This document shows positions 47,053-58,100 of a stretch of 64,000 bases of DNA, piece after piece. The stretch spans positions 5,250 through 69,249 of the forward strand of contig JAQTOB010000004.1 in assembly GCA_028713575.1 (NCBI GenBank). The letters are read 5' to 3'. Position numbers and translations under genes: made by a program. A model generated the notes under the pieces. That model did no database searches, was not told the DNA's origin, and was given only the letters and a program-made list of their open reading frames with translations. The stretch's first letter is position 1, and each line of letters starts with the position of its first letter. The stretch comes from Patescibacteria group bacterium (GTDB taxonomy: Bacteria > Patescibacteriota > Patescibacteriia > UBA2591 > UBA6264).

Positions 47053-47251
47053 AAAAGTGATAAAAGTGATAAAAGTGATATGAAAAATTTACTTAAGAGC
47101 AAGACTTCTAAGTAGTTTTTTTGTAAAAAGTTTTTCACAGGAGGTTTTAAAAAATAAAAATAAGTGATATAATACAATCAAGATATATAAAAAAATAGCA
47201 TTTTATAAAATGAGTCATTAAAGAGAAAAAATAAATTTAATTTAAAATTTT

Positions 47252-50200
47252 ATGAAAATCAAAAACAAAATTTTTAGGAGGGTGAAACAAAAAATCACAA
47301 AAATTATTTTTGTTTTTTTAATGGTCGCGACGATGACGGGGAGTTTAACTAACATTGCTCAAGCTTATTTATTAGACGCGGTTGATTTGTTAGGACAAAT
47401 GGACACTTTAGACGAACCGATTTATACGCGAAGCACGCAAAACAATCCTTATAGTACCATAGTCAGCAATGCGGTTTTCAACGGCGCGGAAGATGTGAAA
47501 ATTGATACAGTTCATCACCGTTTATTCGTCGCCGACCGCAGTAACAATAGGGTTTTAGTTTATGATTTGGACGAAAATAATCAATTTGAACATTATGCCG
47601 CTGATTATGTTTTGGGTCAGCCGGATTTTACCACGGTCAGCGCCGGCACCACGCAGAGCAAATTCAACGCTTCAAGATATATCGCCTATGATTCCAATCA
47701 TCAGCGTTTGTTTGTTTCCGAAGAAGAAAATAAACGGGTAACGGTCTTTGATTTATCCGAAGGAGTTACCACTGGTATGGACGCTTCTTATGTTCTTGGT
47801 CAGCCGGATTTCACCACCAGCGACACTACCACCACTTTATTTGGTTTTGATTATTGTTGGGGACTGGCTTATGACTTAGATAATGATTATTTGTATGTGG
47901 CTGACGGATCTTCCCATAATCGTATTTTAATTTTTGATGTTGCCCCCGAAGAAATGTATAACTATAAACCGGCCTTTGCTCATTTGGGCTCTTTGATCGG
48001 CACTGCTTTGGACGATTCTCATTTTGAGGGTCCCCATGGCTTGGTTTTGGACAAGACCAATGATATTTTATATGCGACCGACACCGACCATCATAGAATA
48101 ATGATTTTTGATACAGAAGAAATTATCAATGGAGAAAGCGCGATTAATGTCCTTGGTCAATTAAATTTTACTTCAGATAGCACCAGCACTAGCAGCGTGG
48201 GTATGAATTACCCTTATAATGTTGATTTTGATGGAGTTGATGAGCGTTTATTTGTTGCTGACGCTACCAATCATCGCGTAATGGTTTTTGACGTTTCTGG
48301 GGGAGTGACAGATGGCATGGAAGCCTCTTATGTTTTGGGTCAGATTGATTTTGACGCCAACAGTTCTGGCGCGACCCAATCTAAATTTAATAAGCCTCGC
48401 GGCGTGGCCTATAATTCCGTTACCAAAGAATTATATGTCGGCGATTCAGGCAATAATCGGATAATGGTTTTTGATTTATCCCAAGGTATTACTAACGGCA
48501 TGAACGCTTCCAAACTTTTAGGACATACCACGCGCGGCGGCGTGCCGAATTGGACTTTTACCACTGCCAATCAAATGGGAGCACCTATTGACGACATCGG
48601 TTTGCACACGCCCGATAAAGTCCATTTTGATTCTGTCGGGCACCGTTTGTTCCAATCAGACCAGAACAATAGCCGTATCTTGGTTTATAATTTGGATGAA
48701 AATAATAATTTAATTGACCATGTTGCGGATTATGTGATTGGCAGAGATGATTTTTTTACCGGCGGCTCGGACAATACCGGTGGCGGTCAAGCCGCTTTTA
48801 AATGGCAACATAATTCAATTCTTGATTCCGGGCGTCAGCGTTTATTCGTTTCTGATTCTTATAATAACCGGATTATGGTTTTTGACATTTCCGAAGGCAT
48901 CGCCAACGGCATGAATGCGGCTTATGTTCTTGGTCAACCGGATTTTACTTCTTATGATGCGATTACTACCATTAGTGGCGTTAACGGGCCTCGCGGTTTT
49001 GCTTTTGATTCAAGCACTGACCGTTTATTTGTTGCCGACCGCAATAATCATCGGGTTTTGGTTTATGATGTGGCGGAAATTGAAACCGGCGAAGACGCAA
49101 TCAATGTTTTGGGCCAGTCCGACTTCACTAGCAACTCCGCAACCACTAGTATCAGTGGCATGGACTATCCTTATGATTTAGCTTTGGACCAAACCAATCA
49201 ACGTTTATTTGTTATTGACAAGAACAACAACCGAGTGGTTGTTTATGATGTGGCGGAAATTACTAACGGCGAAGACGCGGTGGCGGTTCTGGGTCAAGCT
49301 GATTTTAATTCTAAAATTGATACCGTTGAAGATGTTGAACAAAGGATTCAAACCCAAGATAGATTATTTAACACCAGGGGAGTGGCTTATGATTCGGTTA
49401 ATAATTGGTTATTTGTCGTGGAATACGCCGGTCATCGGGTAATGGTATTTGATGTCACGGAAATTGAAAACGGCGAGCCGGCAATCAATGTTTTAGGAGA
49501 CGAAACTTTTAATACGACTCTTTTGGAAACAATTGATGCCAATGAAAATACGAATCGGGTCGCGACTGCCAGCAATTTTTGGACGCCCGAGACAGCGGAA
49601 ATAGACGGAACCAATAGAAAATTATATGTTAGCGACCAAAATCATAACCGGACCATGATTTTCCAATTGCCCAAAATTACGACTGCTTCATTAAGTAATG
49701 GCACTGTAGGCGAAGTTTATAGTCAAACAATTTCCGGTACTGGCGGCGCTGAGCCCTATGTTTGTTCTTTGGTCTCAGGCACTTTGCCCACTGGTTTATC
49801 CTTAAACGCTAATTGCACTATTACCGGCGCGCCATCAGCGGCCGGAACAGCCAATAATCTTGTTATTCGTTTTTCTGACAGTTCAATTACTTCGCCGGAA
49901 ACAGTCGGCTTATGGCACAACAAAACTTTTAGTTTAACTGTTGACGAGTCTTTGGCTAACATTAAAATTTCAGCCAAAGCCGAATTAACCGCGGCCTTGG
50001 CGACTTATAATCAGGAGGATTACACCGAAGAAAACTGGACAGGTCTAAATACTTATAAAACCGATGGCGACACAGCTATTGATGATGCCGAAGATACAGC
50101 CGGAGTTACAACAGCTAAAAATACGGCTATCAATGGAATGGCCGGAGTGGAAACCATTGCTCAAACACTTAAAACAATTACTGCTTTTTCTGTTCCTAAT

Positions 50201-51994
50201 CAAGTTGGCGCGTCAACGATTAATCAAACCGACAAGACAATCAAATTAGTGGTTCCGTTTGGCACAGATGTTACTGACCTTGTGGCGTCTTTTACTACTA
50301 CTGGCGCCTTGGTTAAAGTTAGCGGAGCAACACAAACCAGCGGTCAAACCGCTAATGATTTCACAAATTCTTTAATTTATACTGTTTCCGCCGTCAATGA
50401 GACAACACAGAATTATACGGTTAGTGTCACGGTCTTGACTAATACGCAAACCGCCATAGATGATGAGGGCGCTGTTACCATTGATAACAGCACGCCTCAG
50501 GCGGTTATTATTAATCCAACTCAGGCAGTCACTGTTGATATTGCCGAAGACACGGAAGGCCCGAGCATTGATGTTAGTTCATTTATTAGTGCCGGAACAG
50601 GAACCATTCCTCAAATTACTATTACAGCCGCGAACGCGAATAATGTTAATGTAGCCATTCCCGCCTCCACCACTGTGACCAGTGCTGATTCGGCTTGGGA
50701 TGGAGTAATTGCCGCGCCAGTCGTGACCACGGTCACTTTGCCCAATACTTCAGGAGAAATGAAAACATTAAGCACAGCCATTGAAGTCGGATTCTCCGGT
50801 GCCAAATTATCTTTTGATAAGGCGGTTAGGCTATTATTGCCGAACCAAGCGGGGAAAAGAGTAGGTTACATTAGAACAGGAATTGATTTTACGGAAATAA
50901 CTTCGGTTTGTGACGCAGACAGCCAAGCGGTTGGCGACCTCTTGTCCGCTGACGGTGAATGTAAAAAAGATGTGGGCAATGATTTAGTTGTCTGGACAAA
51001 ACATTTTACTTCCTTTGCCACTTTTAGCGCGGTTCCTTTGTCTAGTGGCGGAGGAGGCGGCAGCGCTCCTGTTTTAGTGGGCCCCTCTGATTTAAGTTTA
51101 AAAATAAATAATGATGCATTGGAAACTTTTTCAAGAAATGTTGTTTTAAATATTAATGCCGCTAATGCCACGGAAATGTTAGTCGGCGATACTGTTGATT
51201 TTGCCAATGTTGATTGGGAAGAGTATGCGAGTTTGAAAAATTGGACCTTAACTTCTGGCAATGGAGAAAAAATAATTTATATTAAATTTAGAGACAGCAG
51301 TCACAATGAATCTTCTGTAGTTTCCGACACGATTATATTAGAAGAAGAAATAGTTGCGGTTGGCGAGGGAAGCTTGGTTAAAACTGCTGATTCTACTGCT
51401 TTGTATTTGATTCTTAATGCCAAGCGTCATGTTTTTCCGCACTTGGCCGTTTATCATTCCTGGTCTTATCCAAATGATTTTTCCACTGTTAAAACAATTA
51501 CTACTGTTGAATTAAATCAATATCCGGAAGGCGATGCCGTTCCTTTCCGCGACGGCTCAATGTTCAGGGGCACGACCCAATCCTTGTATGGTAAATCCGC
51601 TTCTGCTGTTTTTTATGTAGAAGACGGGAAATTAAGAGCAGTTAAATCAGGAGAAATTTATCAGACACTTTTTAATGACCCGAATTGGTCATTAGTCACT
51701 TGGGTTCCGGACGACTTGTTGGCCAAGTTTAATTATGAATTGTCTAATGATTTAGATTCGTCAGATATCCATCCCAATGGTTCTTTGGTTAAATACCCTG
51801 ATGCTCCTGCGGTTTACCTGATTAAAAATGGCAAAAAGCAACCCTTTTCTTCTTGGGACATTTTCGTCGCTAACGGTTATAGTCAAAGGAAGATTTTTGT
51901 CATTTCGGCTGAAGAGACCTATGAAACAGCAGAAATAATCAGCAGTTTAGCCGAATCCCTGACTACGCCAGTCATTGCTGCGATGTATCAATAG
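47252..51994 (+). CDS. Giant secreted/surface protein: N-terminal signal peptide, numerous NHL-type beta-propeller repeats, Ig-like domains, and a C-terminal roughly 190-aa domain shared with the 55179-58928 protein
   Basis: RLFVADRSNNRVLVYD-like units occur at least 12 times. The Ig-like segment is SLSNGTVGEVYSQTISGTGG...LPTGLSLN. The C-terminal block KRHVFPH...PFRDGSMFRGT...VTWVPDDLLAKFNYE is shared with 55179-58928. Confidence 0.6.
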   Translation: MKIKNKIFRRVKQKITKIIFVFLMVATMTGSLTNIAQAYLLDAVDLLGQMDTLDEPIYTRSTQNNPYSTIVSNAVFNGAEDVKIDTVHHRLFVADRSNNRVLVYDLDENNQFEHYAADYVLGQPDFTTVSAGTTQSKFNASRYIAYDSNHQRLFVSEEENKRVTVFDLSEGVTTGMDASYVLGQPDFTTSDTTTTLFGFDYCWGLAYDLDNDYLYVADGSSHNRILIFDVAPEEMYNYKPAFAHLGSLIGTALDDSHFEGPHGLVLDKTNDILYATDTDHHRIMIFDTEEIINGESAINVLGQLNFTSDSTSTSSVGMNYPYNVDFDGVDERLFVADATNHRVMVFDVSGGVTDGMEASYVLGQIDFDANSSGATQSKFNKPRGVAYNSVTKELYVGDSGNNRIMVFDLSQGITNGMNASKLLGHTTRGGVPNWTFTTANQMGAPIDDIGLHTPDKVHFDSVGHRLFQSDQNNSRILVYNLDENNNLIDHVADYVIGRDDFFTGGSDNTGGGQAAFKWQHNSILDSGRQRLFVSDSYNNRIMVFDISEGIANGMNAAYVLGQPDFTSYDAITTISGVNGPRGFAFDSSTDRLFVADRNNHRVLVYDVAEIETGEDAINVLGQSDFTSNSATTSISGMDYPYDLALDQTNQRLFVIDKNNNRVVVYDVAEITNGEDAVAVLGQADFNSKIDTVEDVEQRIQTQDRLFNTRGVAYDSVNNWLFVVEYAGHRVMVFDVTEIENGEPAINVLGDETFNTTLLETIDANENTNRVATASNFWTPETAEIDGTNRKLYVSDQNHNRTMIFQLPKITTASLSNGTVGEVYSQTISGTGGAEPYVCSLVSGTLPTGLSLNANCTITGAPSAAGTANNLVIRFSDSSITSPETVGLWHNKTFSLTVDESLANIKISAKAELTAALATYNQEDYTEENWTGLNTYKTDGDTAIDDAEDTAGVTTAKNTAINGMAGVETIAQTLKTITAFSVPNQVGASTINQTDKTIKLVVPFGTDVTDLVASFTTTGALVKVSGATQTSGQTANDFTNSLIYTVSAVNETTQNYTVSVTVLTNTQTAIDDEGAVTIDNSTPQAVIINPTQAVTVDIAEDTEGPSIDVSSFISAGTGTIPQITITAANANNVNVAIPASTTVTSADSAWDGVIAAPVVTTVTLPNTSGEMKTLSTAIEVGFSGAKLSFDKAVRLLLPNQAGKRVGYIRTGIDFTEITSVCDADSQAVGDLLSADGECKKDVGNDLVVWTKHFTSFATFSAVPLSSGGGGGSAPVLVGPSDLSLKINNDALETFSRNVVLNINAANATEMLVGDTVDFANVDWEEYASLKNWTLTSGNGEKIIYIKFRDSSHNESSVVSDTIILEEEIVAVGEGSLVKTADSTALYLILNAKRHVFPHLAVYHSWSYPNDFSTVKTITTVELNQYPEGDAVPFRDGSMFRGTTQSLYGKSASAVFYVEDGKLRAVKSGEIYQTLFNDPNWSLVTWVPDDLLAKFNYELSNDLDSSDIHPNGSLVKYPDAPAVYLIKNGKKQPFSSWDIFVANGYSQRKIFVISAEETYETAEIISSLAESLTTPVIAAMYQ

Positions 51995-52026
51995 AATTAA
52001 GCCGAAATTCGGTTTAAATAAAGAAA

Positions 52027-52600
52027 AGTCCTCCTATTTTTGAGGGGGTCTTTTCTTTGTTTTGAGACTCGGTTTCCCGTTGGAAACCGAGTCTCTTCAC
52101 TTCTTGGTTGTTTTGAGACTCGGTTTCCCGTTGGAAACCGAGTCTCTTCACTTCTTGGCTTCCTGTTTAAAGTTCGGTTTCCCGCTTTGCTTCGTAGCGA
52201 GCTTTGCTCTGCTACTGGGGCTGGAAGCCGAACTTCTTTATTTTATAAAAAGCCACTTGGTCTTTAAAGTCCTCCTATTTTTGAGGGGGTCTTTTCTTTG
52301 TTTTGAGACTCGGTTTCCCGTTGGAAACCGAGTCTCTTCACTTCTTGGCTTTGATACTTTGGCGCAATCCCTGATTATGCCGGCTATGGCCGATTTAGCG
52401 CAATAAAGCTTCTATTATATATACACTTTGTTTTGAGACTCGGTTTCCCGTTGGAAACCGAGTCTCTTCACTTCTTGGCTTCCTGTTTAAAGTTCGGTTT
52501 CCCGCTTTGCTTCGTAGCGAGCTTTGCTCTGCTACTGGGGCTGGAAGCCGAACTTCTTTATTTTATAAAAAGCCACTTGGTCTTTAAAGCCTTTTTTATA
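52027..52600. repeat. Complex tandem repeat region built on a 32-nt perfect hairpin gagactcggtttcc-cgtt-ggaaaccgagtctc (4 copies) plus a twice-repeated 104-bp structured segment and duplicated leader tcctcctatttttgagggggtcttttctttg
   Basis: The hairpin copies are at 52064-52095, 52115-52146, 52305-52336 and 52435-52466. The 104-bp segment is at 52157-52260 and 52487-52590. Confidence 0.85.
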
Positions 52601-52689
52601 GGGAGGTTTGACCCCTTCCTCTTGTTATAAATATTATAAATGTTATAATAATTTTCTACTATTTTCGTAAAATTTTCGTATTTCGTAGC

Positions 52690-53220
52690 ATGTTCCACCT
52701 CAGAGAGAAAATCCTTTTTCATCAAATTAAAAACGGTGACGAACAGGCCTTCACCGTCTTTTATAATACCTATAAAGACAGAATTTATCGTTTTATTTAT
52801 TTTAAAGTTTCTGATCGTGAAAAAGTTTATGATTTGGTTTCCGAAGTTTTTATTAAAATATATGATTATATTAAAGAGGGGAATGACATTGATAATTTTC
52901 AAGCTTTTTTGTATAAAATCGCTCGTAATTTAGTAATAGATTTTTATCGCACTAAAAAAGAGGAAATTTCTTTAACTGATGCGCCGGAAACAGTTTCTCC
53001 TATCAATTTAGAAAAAGAAGTGGGAGATAAGGTTGCCGTGGAAAACGTCAAAAGATACCTTAATAAAATTAAACCAGAATACCGCGAAGCGGTTCATCTT
53101 CATTTTTTTGAAAATTTTTCTTTTTCCGAGATTGCGGATATTATCAATCAATCCGAAGGCAATGTTAGGATTAGGGTTTATCGCGGCATTAAGCAATTAA
53201 AAGAGGTTTTAAGGGGTTGA
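52690..53220 (+). CDS. RNA polymerase sigma factor, ECF (sigma-70 group 4) family
   Basis: Region 2 is FYNTYKDRIYRFIYFKVSD...DLVSEVFIKIY. Region 4 is FSFSEIADIINQSEGNVRIRVYRGIKQLK. Confidence 0.8.
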   Translation: MFHLREKILFHQIKNGDEQAFTVFYNTYKDRIYRFIYFKVSDREKVYDLVSEVFIKIYDYIKEGNDIDNFQAFLYKIARNLVIDFYRTKKEEISLTDAPETVSPINLEKEVGDKVAVENVKRYLNKIKPEYREAVHLHFFENFSFSEIADIINQSEGNVRIRVYRGIKQLKEVLRG

Positions 53221-53760
53221 ACCCCTTCTATATGTAGGGGTTCAACCCCCTCCCCAATAATCGCCATCATAAACTTTTTACACAGGAACTTTTTACACAT
53301 TTTTACACAGGACATTTTTACACAGGTTGAACCTGTGTAAATTTTCATTTGCATATTTCACAAAACAAATCCAAAATCCAAAACCCAAATTTTCATAATC
53401 ACTTGGGAACCGAGTTTCTAAAAAGCAAGAAAGCAAGAGATGGATTCTACGCTAGAAACTCGGTTTCCCGTTGGAAACCGAGTTTCCTTCTCCCCAATAA
53501 TCGCCATCATAAACTTTTTACACAGGAACTTTTTACACATTTTTATACAGCACATTTTTACACAGCACATTTTTATACATTTTTACACAGGTTGAACCTG
53601 TGTAAATTTTCATTTGCATATTTCACAAAACAAATCCAAAATCCAAAACCCAAATTTTCATAATCACTTGGGAACCGAGTTCCTAAAAAGACATTTTTAC
53701 ACAGGTTGAACCTGTGTAAATTTTCATTTGGCATTTAGTCATTTGATATTGATTTGACAT
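53213..53760. repeat. Repeat region downstream of the sigma gene. It has palindromes ggggttgaacccc and ggggttcaacccc, a roughly 200-bp direct repeat (two copies), and a compensatory variant of the 52-kb hairpin (gaaactcggtttcc-cgtt-ggaaaccgagtttc).
   Basis: Direct repeat copies at about 53246-53440 and 53490-53690. ttacacaggttgaacctgtgtaa palindromes occur at 53313-53341 and again in the second copy. The variant hairpin is at 53454-53485. Confidence 0.8.
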
Positions 53761-53867
53761 TTGACATTGGAAATTTGACATTTCACGTTTTAATGGTGTA
53801 TAATTTTTCCCCTTTCTTCGTCTTATTATTTGTCATTTAGCCATCAAATAGTTAAATCTCAATTTCA

Positions 53868-54845
53868 ATGAAATTTAAAAATTTGACCCGACAATATAAT
53901 TCAATAAAATTGGATACTGTTTCTGAAGATAAAATTCGGGAACGGGTTTTTGATTATTTTCAACAAACTCGTCCTGCTACGCCAACAATGAGTTATCATT
54001 TTAGTTTGTTTCTTAAACCGGCTTTAATAAGTTTGCTGGTTTTGTTTTTTATTTTTACAACTGGTTTTGGAACAATAGCCGTGGCGAAAAAATCCTTGCC
54101 CGGTGATTTTTTATATTCTCTTAAAAGAGTTGTGGAAAAAAGTCAAATGTTTTTGGCTTTTAGTTCTTCGCAAAAAGTCGTTTTACGCGCGGAAATTTTA
54201 AATAATCGTTTTGATGAAGCCAAGGTTTTGGTTAAGAAAATGGAAACAGGAGACAAGGAGTCAGAATCAGATTTTAATATCTTGGCCGCGAATTTTAATC
54301 AGGAATTAAAAATTTTAAAAGAAGAAATTGGAGAACAAATTTTAGTAGAGGATGGGCCTTTTCCGGCTGAGGACTTATTAAACACCGAATTATTGGACCA
54401 GGGTTCATTGCCGATTCAAGACCAACGCCAGATGTTTACTGTTTTGCCCAATGAAGACATTGAAAGACTCTTGACTGAAACCAGAGAATTGCTGGCTGAA
54501 AAAAATATGGCTTTGGCCCTAGCTCGGATTGAGCAAGTAGAAAAAATAGTCAGCGGTGAAGAAAAAGTAGAACCCCAAGAGGCAGAATCTCAGGAAATAG
54601 AACTTCAAGAAATTCAGGAAAATGAAAAGAGGATTTTAGAATCAACAGAAGAAAATTTTCAATTTCCAGCTCTTCAACCGGCGGAACAATCTCCGAATTC
54701 CGAATTGCTTGAAACCCAATCCTTGAATTCCCAATTACCCAATTTAGGTTCAACAGGAAATCTTTCAAAAGAAAAACAAGATGATTTTAAAGTTAAAATA
54801 GAAAAGGATTCTTCAGCGCAAACCAGTATGATTCGGGAAGAGTAG
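53868..54845 (+). CDS. Membrane-anchored protein downstream of the ECF sigma, possibly an anti-sigma factor
   Basis: A roughly 60-aa cytoplasmic N-terminus and a single TM helix (LISLLVLFFIFTTGFGTIAVA) precede an acidic extracytoplasmic domain. The position next to the sigma gene is the main argument. Confidence 0.3.
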   Translation: MKFKNLTRQYNSIKLDTVSEDKIRERVFDYFQQTRPATPTMSYHFSLFLKPALISLLVLFFIFTTGFGTIAVAKKSLPGDFLYSLKRVVEKSQMFLAFSSSQKVVLRAEILNNRFDEAKVLVKKMETGDKESESDFNILAANFNQELKILKEEIGEQILVEDGPFPAEDLLNTELLDQGSLPIQDQRQMFTVLPNEDIERLLTETRELLAEKNMALALARIEQVEKIVSGEEKVEPQEAESQEIELQEIQENEKRILESTEENFQFPALQPAEQSPNSELLETQSLNSQLPNLGSTGNLSKEKQDDFKVKIEKDSSAQTSMIREE

Positions 54846-55178
54846 TTTTTTAAAAAAGTATTCGCAATATTTAGATAAATTCGTAATTTAGAATTATTTA
54901 ACTAACTAACCATTAATATAATTTTCCCCCTTGGTGAAAGTTGATTCTCTGTCGATAGTCAGCGATTAGCTAATCCTTCGCGGGAATTAAAGGTCGAGCT
55001 CAATTTTGAGAAATTTTCGGACATCGGGATATCCCCCGAGAGTTTCAAGAAAAGAGCGGGGTAAAAATAATAAATATACGAATAATCATGAATTATAAAA
55101 CAAAATACCAATCGCGAATTCGTGATTAGTTAAAATTCGTTCAAAATTCGTGAAAATTCGTAATAATTAGAGGATTAA

Positions 55179-58100
55179 ATGAATAAACTTAAAAAATTGA
55201 TTGCTTTGGGAACAACCGTTTCAATGCTTTTGAGTTTAGTAGTGGTGATGCCTGCTCGAGCCGTGACCATCGCCGATGGCGATTTGGTTATGACCACCAG
55301 CAGCTCTGCTGTTTACTATATTCAAGGAGCGTATAAACGCGTTTTTCCTCATTATAATGTCTATCTTTCTTGGGGCTATCCTTCTGATTTTTCTACCGTT
55401 AAAACGGTCAGCACTTCGGAATTAGCCTCTTATACCGACGCCAATCCAATGCCGTTCCGCGACGGAGCGCTCTTCCGCGGCACTGCTGCCAGTTTAGGCG
55501 ATAAAGATGCAACTGCTGTTTTTTATGTTGAAAACGCTCAGCTTCGCCCTGTTTTATCAGAGCAAGTTTATCAAGCGTTATTCAAAGATACAGACTGGGC
55601 AAAAGTTACTTGGGTTCCTGATGATTTATTGAGCAAATTCAATTATGAAATGGGCTCAAATCTTTCTTCATCTTCAACCCATCCTGATGGCAGTTTGGTC
55701 AAGTATTCTAACTCAGACCAAATTTATGTCATTGAAAGCGGAAAAAAGAGAGCGATTTCTGCTACGGCTTTTGATGCCAACCGCTATAGTGTCGCCAATG
55801 TCATTACCATTGACTCAAGCGAAACTTATGCTAACGGTTCGGCTGTCACTGGCGTTGAATCCAGCTTATTAACACCAGGTTGGCTTGGAACCACTGTTGC
55901 TTCCGGTGCTTTGACCGCGAGTTTATATAACCCTCCGGCTGGCGCCACTATTCCGAACAAAGCTACTAATGTTTCTCTTTTAAAAGTTAAATTAACCGCG
56001 GGTAATACCGCTGCCACTATTAGTGGTTTGACTTTTAAGAGGAGTGATTTGGGCGCAACCACTGATTGGGACACCCTTTATGTTTATGAAGGGAATGATT
56101 GTATTACTCCCAATGGCCGTAGCTTAAGTTCGGACGACCATACTGTTGAATTCGCGGTAAACATTAGCGTTCCTGCTAATGGTTATAAAGTTCTTGAATT
56201 GCGCGGTGATTTGAAAGCCGGTGGCGCGACCGCCAACAACCGCCATGCTTTCCAAATAACTGAGGTAGCAACTTCAGCCACGGTTAGCGGCTTGCCTTTA
56301 ACTGGCAATGTGATGATTGTCGGCTCGGTCAATGTAACCACTGCTATTATCAGCGCCGGCACCCTTCCGATCAATCCTTCGGTCGGTGCTCAGGACGCCG
56401 AAATCGCCAACTTTAAGATTCAGGCCGGCGATAACGACATTACTTTCAGCCAGATCGTCTTCACCTTTGCTGGCACTATGTCCAGAGGCGATATCACTAA
56501 TCTTAATCTTTATTTGCTTGGTGAAACCGAATCTTTGGCGAGTGTTTCCGGTATCGCTTCCAACGACACCTTCACTTTGACTCTTGATTCTCCCTATGTC
56601 ATTACTAAAGGACAGACCAAAAATTTTGTGTTAAGAGCTGATTTGACTGGTGAAGTCGGACGAACTTTGGAGATGTATATGGAAGAAACCTATCATTTGG
56701 CGGTTAGCGACAACGAATATAATTTCGGCGCCGCTGTCACCAATAGTTTTGGCAACGCCGATGTGACTGCGTTAACTTTACAGGGTGGTGAAATCACCAT
56801 GGCTGATAACGGTCCTTTGGCAGGAAATGTTGCGCAAAACCAACAGGATGTGGTTTTAACCAAAATTGCTATTACTGCTGACCGGAGCATTGAAGTCCGC
56901 AAGTTATTTGTTACCTTGGCCAGTGATGTGGCGGGTGCTGCTAACCCGACTGACGGAGTCAGCGACTTAAGAATTAAAGATGAAGATACTGGTCAAACTT
57001 TGATGACTCCGACTTCTGCAGTCGGCACCACCATCTCCGGTAATTATCTGATGACTGGAACCTTTAATTTAACCGCCAATACTACCCGTAATTTAGTTAT
57101 TACGGTTGACATTGGTGTTGATGCGGGTGATGCCCTTGACGGCAAATATGTTTCAGCCGACTTAAAAATGGTTGACCGCAGCGACGATTCAGTGGCGGAC
57201 AACAGTAGCGGTGAAGAAGCGCAGATGCGTGATTCTTCCACTGGCGACTGGATTTTAACCGCTGATATTATTCCGATTAGCGTTTCTGGCGAACACCAGA
57301 CTATCCAAACCCCGGCTTTGACCACGGCTGTGGCTTCAACTCCGGTTTCCGGCTTGACTTCCATTAAGGGTGCGTCAAAAGTTGATGGTATTGGCATTGT
57401 CTTTACCGCCGGTGATGCTTCTGCTGTTTCTTTACGGCAGTTCTCAGTCAGAGCTTATGTCAACAGCGCCGCTACTTTCTTGGCGACCAATGAAGACACT
57501 TCTCCGACTGGCGAAGTCACCACGGTCTACTTGTATGATGACTCCGGAACTTTATTGGCTTCTAAAACATTAAGTGCCACTTCCGCGAATCATGATTATG
57601 GCGCGGCTACTTTCAGTGGTCTTACTGTTACCATTCCGGCTGGTGAAAACAAGAAATTAACGGTTAAATTTGATGTCAATTCAACTTTAGAGGCGGCTAG
57701 ATATGTTGCCTTTGGTATTGACGACGCGAGCATTACTGCTTATGACAGCGAAGGTTCAACCGTGGATGTCACGGGCGACCTGAATTTCTACGCCAGCGAC
57801 CTCAGCGTTCCGACTCACTACACTTATCTTGACACCGGTGGCGCTTTAACCATGGCGCAGGATCCGTCAACGCCTGATTCAGATATTGTTTTGGCGGGCG
57901 CGACTGACGTGATTATGTCCAAGATTAAATTCACCGCTACCAAAGAAGATTGGACGGTCAGTAAGTTGAGAGTTGAAATGGCTACTTCAGCCAATGAGAG
58001 CAGCGTCTCTAAAGTCAAGATTTCTTATCCGGGCGGTAGCGCCACGGGCACTTTGTCCGGCGGTTTTGCTAAATTCACTGGCCTTAACTGGCTAATTGAA

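Noticed and set aside
52027-52600. Possible CRISPR array (32-nt palindromic repeat gagactcggtttcccgttggaaaccgagtctc spaced about 51 nt apart)
   Set aside because: The inter-repeat segments are themselves repeated (ttcacttcttgg..., and the 104-bp unit is duplicated exactly). The spacers are therefore not unique. Only 4 copies are present and there are no cas genes. This is a tandem duplication.
52040-52630. Small ORFs 52040-52267, 52062-52406 and 52433-52630 in the ORF track
   Set aside because: They lie entirely within the tandem hairpin-repeat region. Their translations are repeat-derived (RLGFPLETESLHFL...) and low-complexity. They are almost certainly non-coding.
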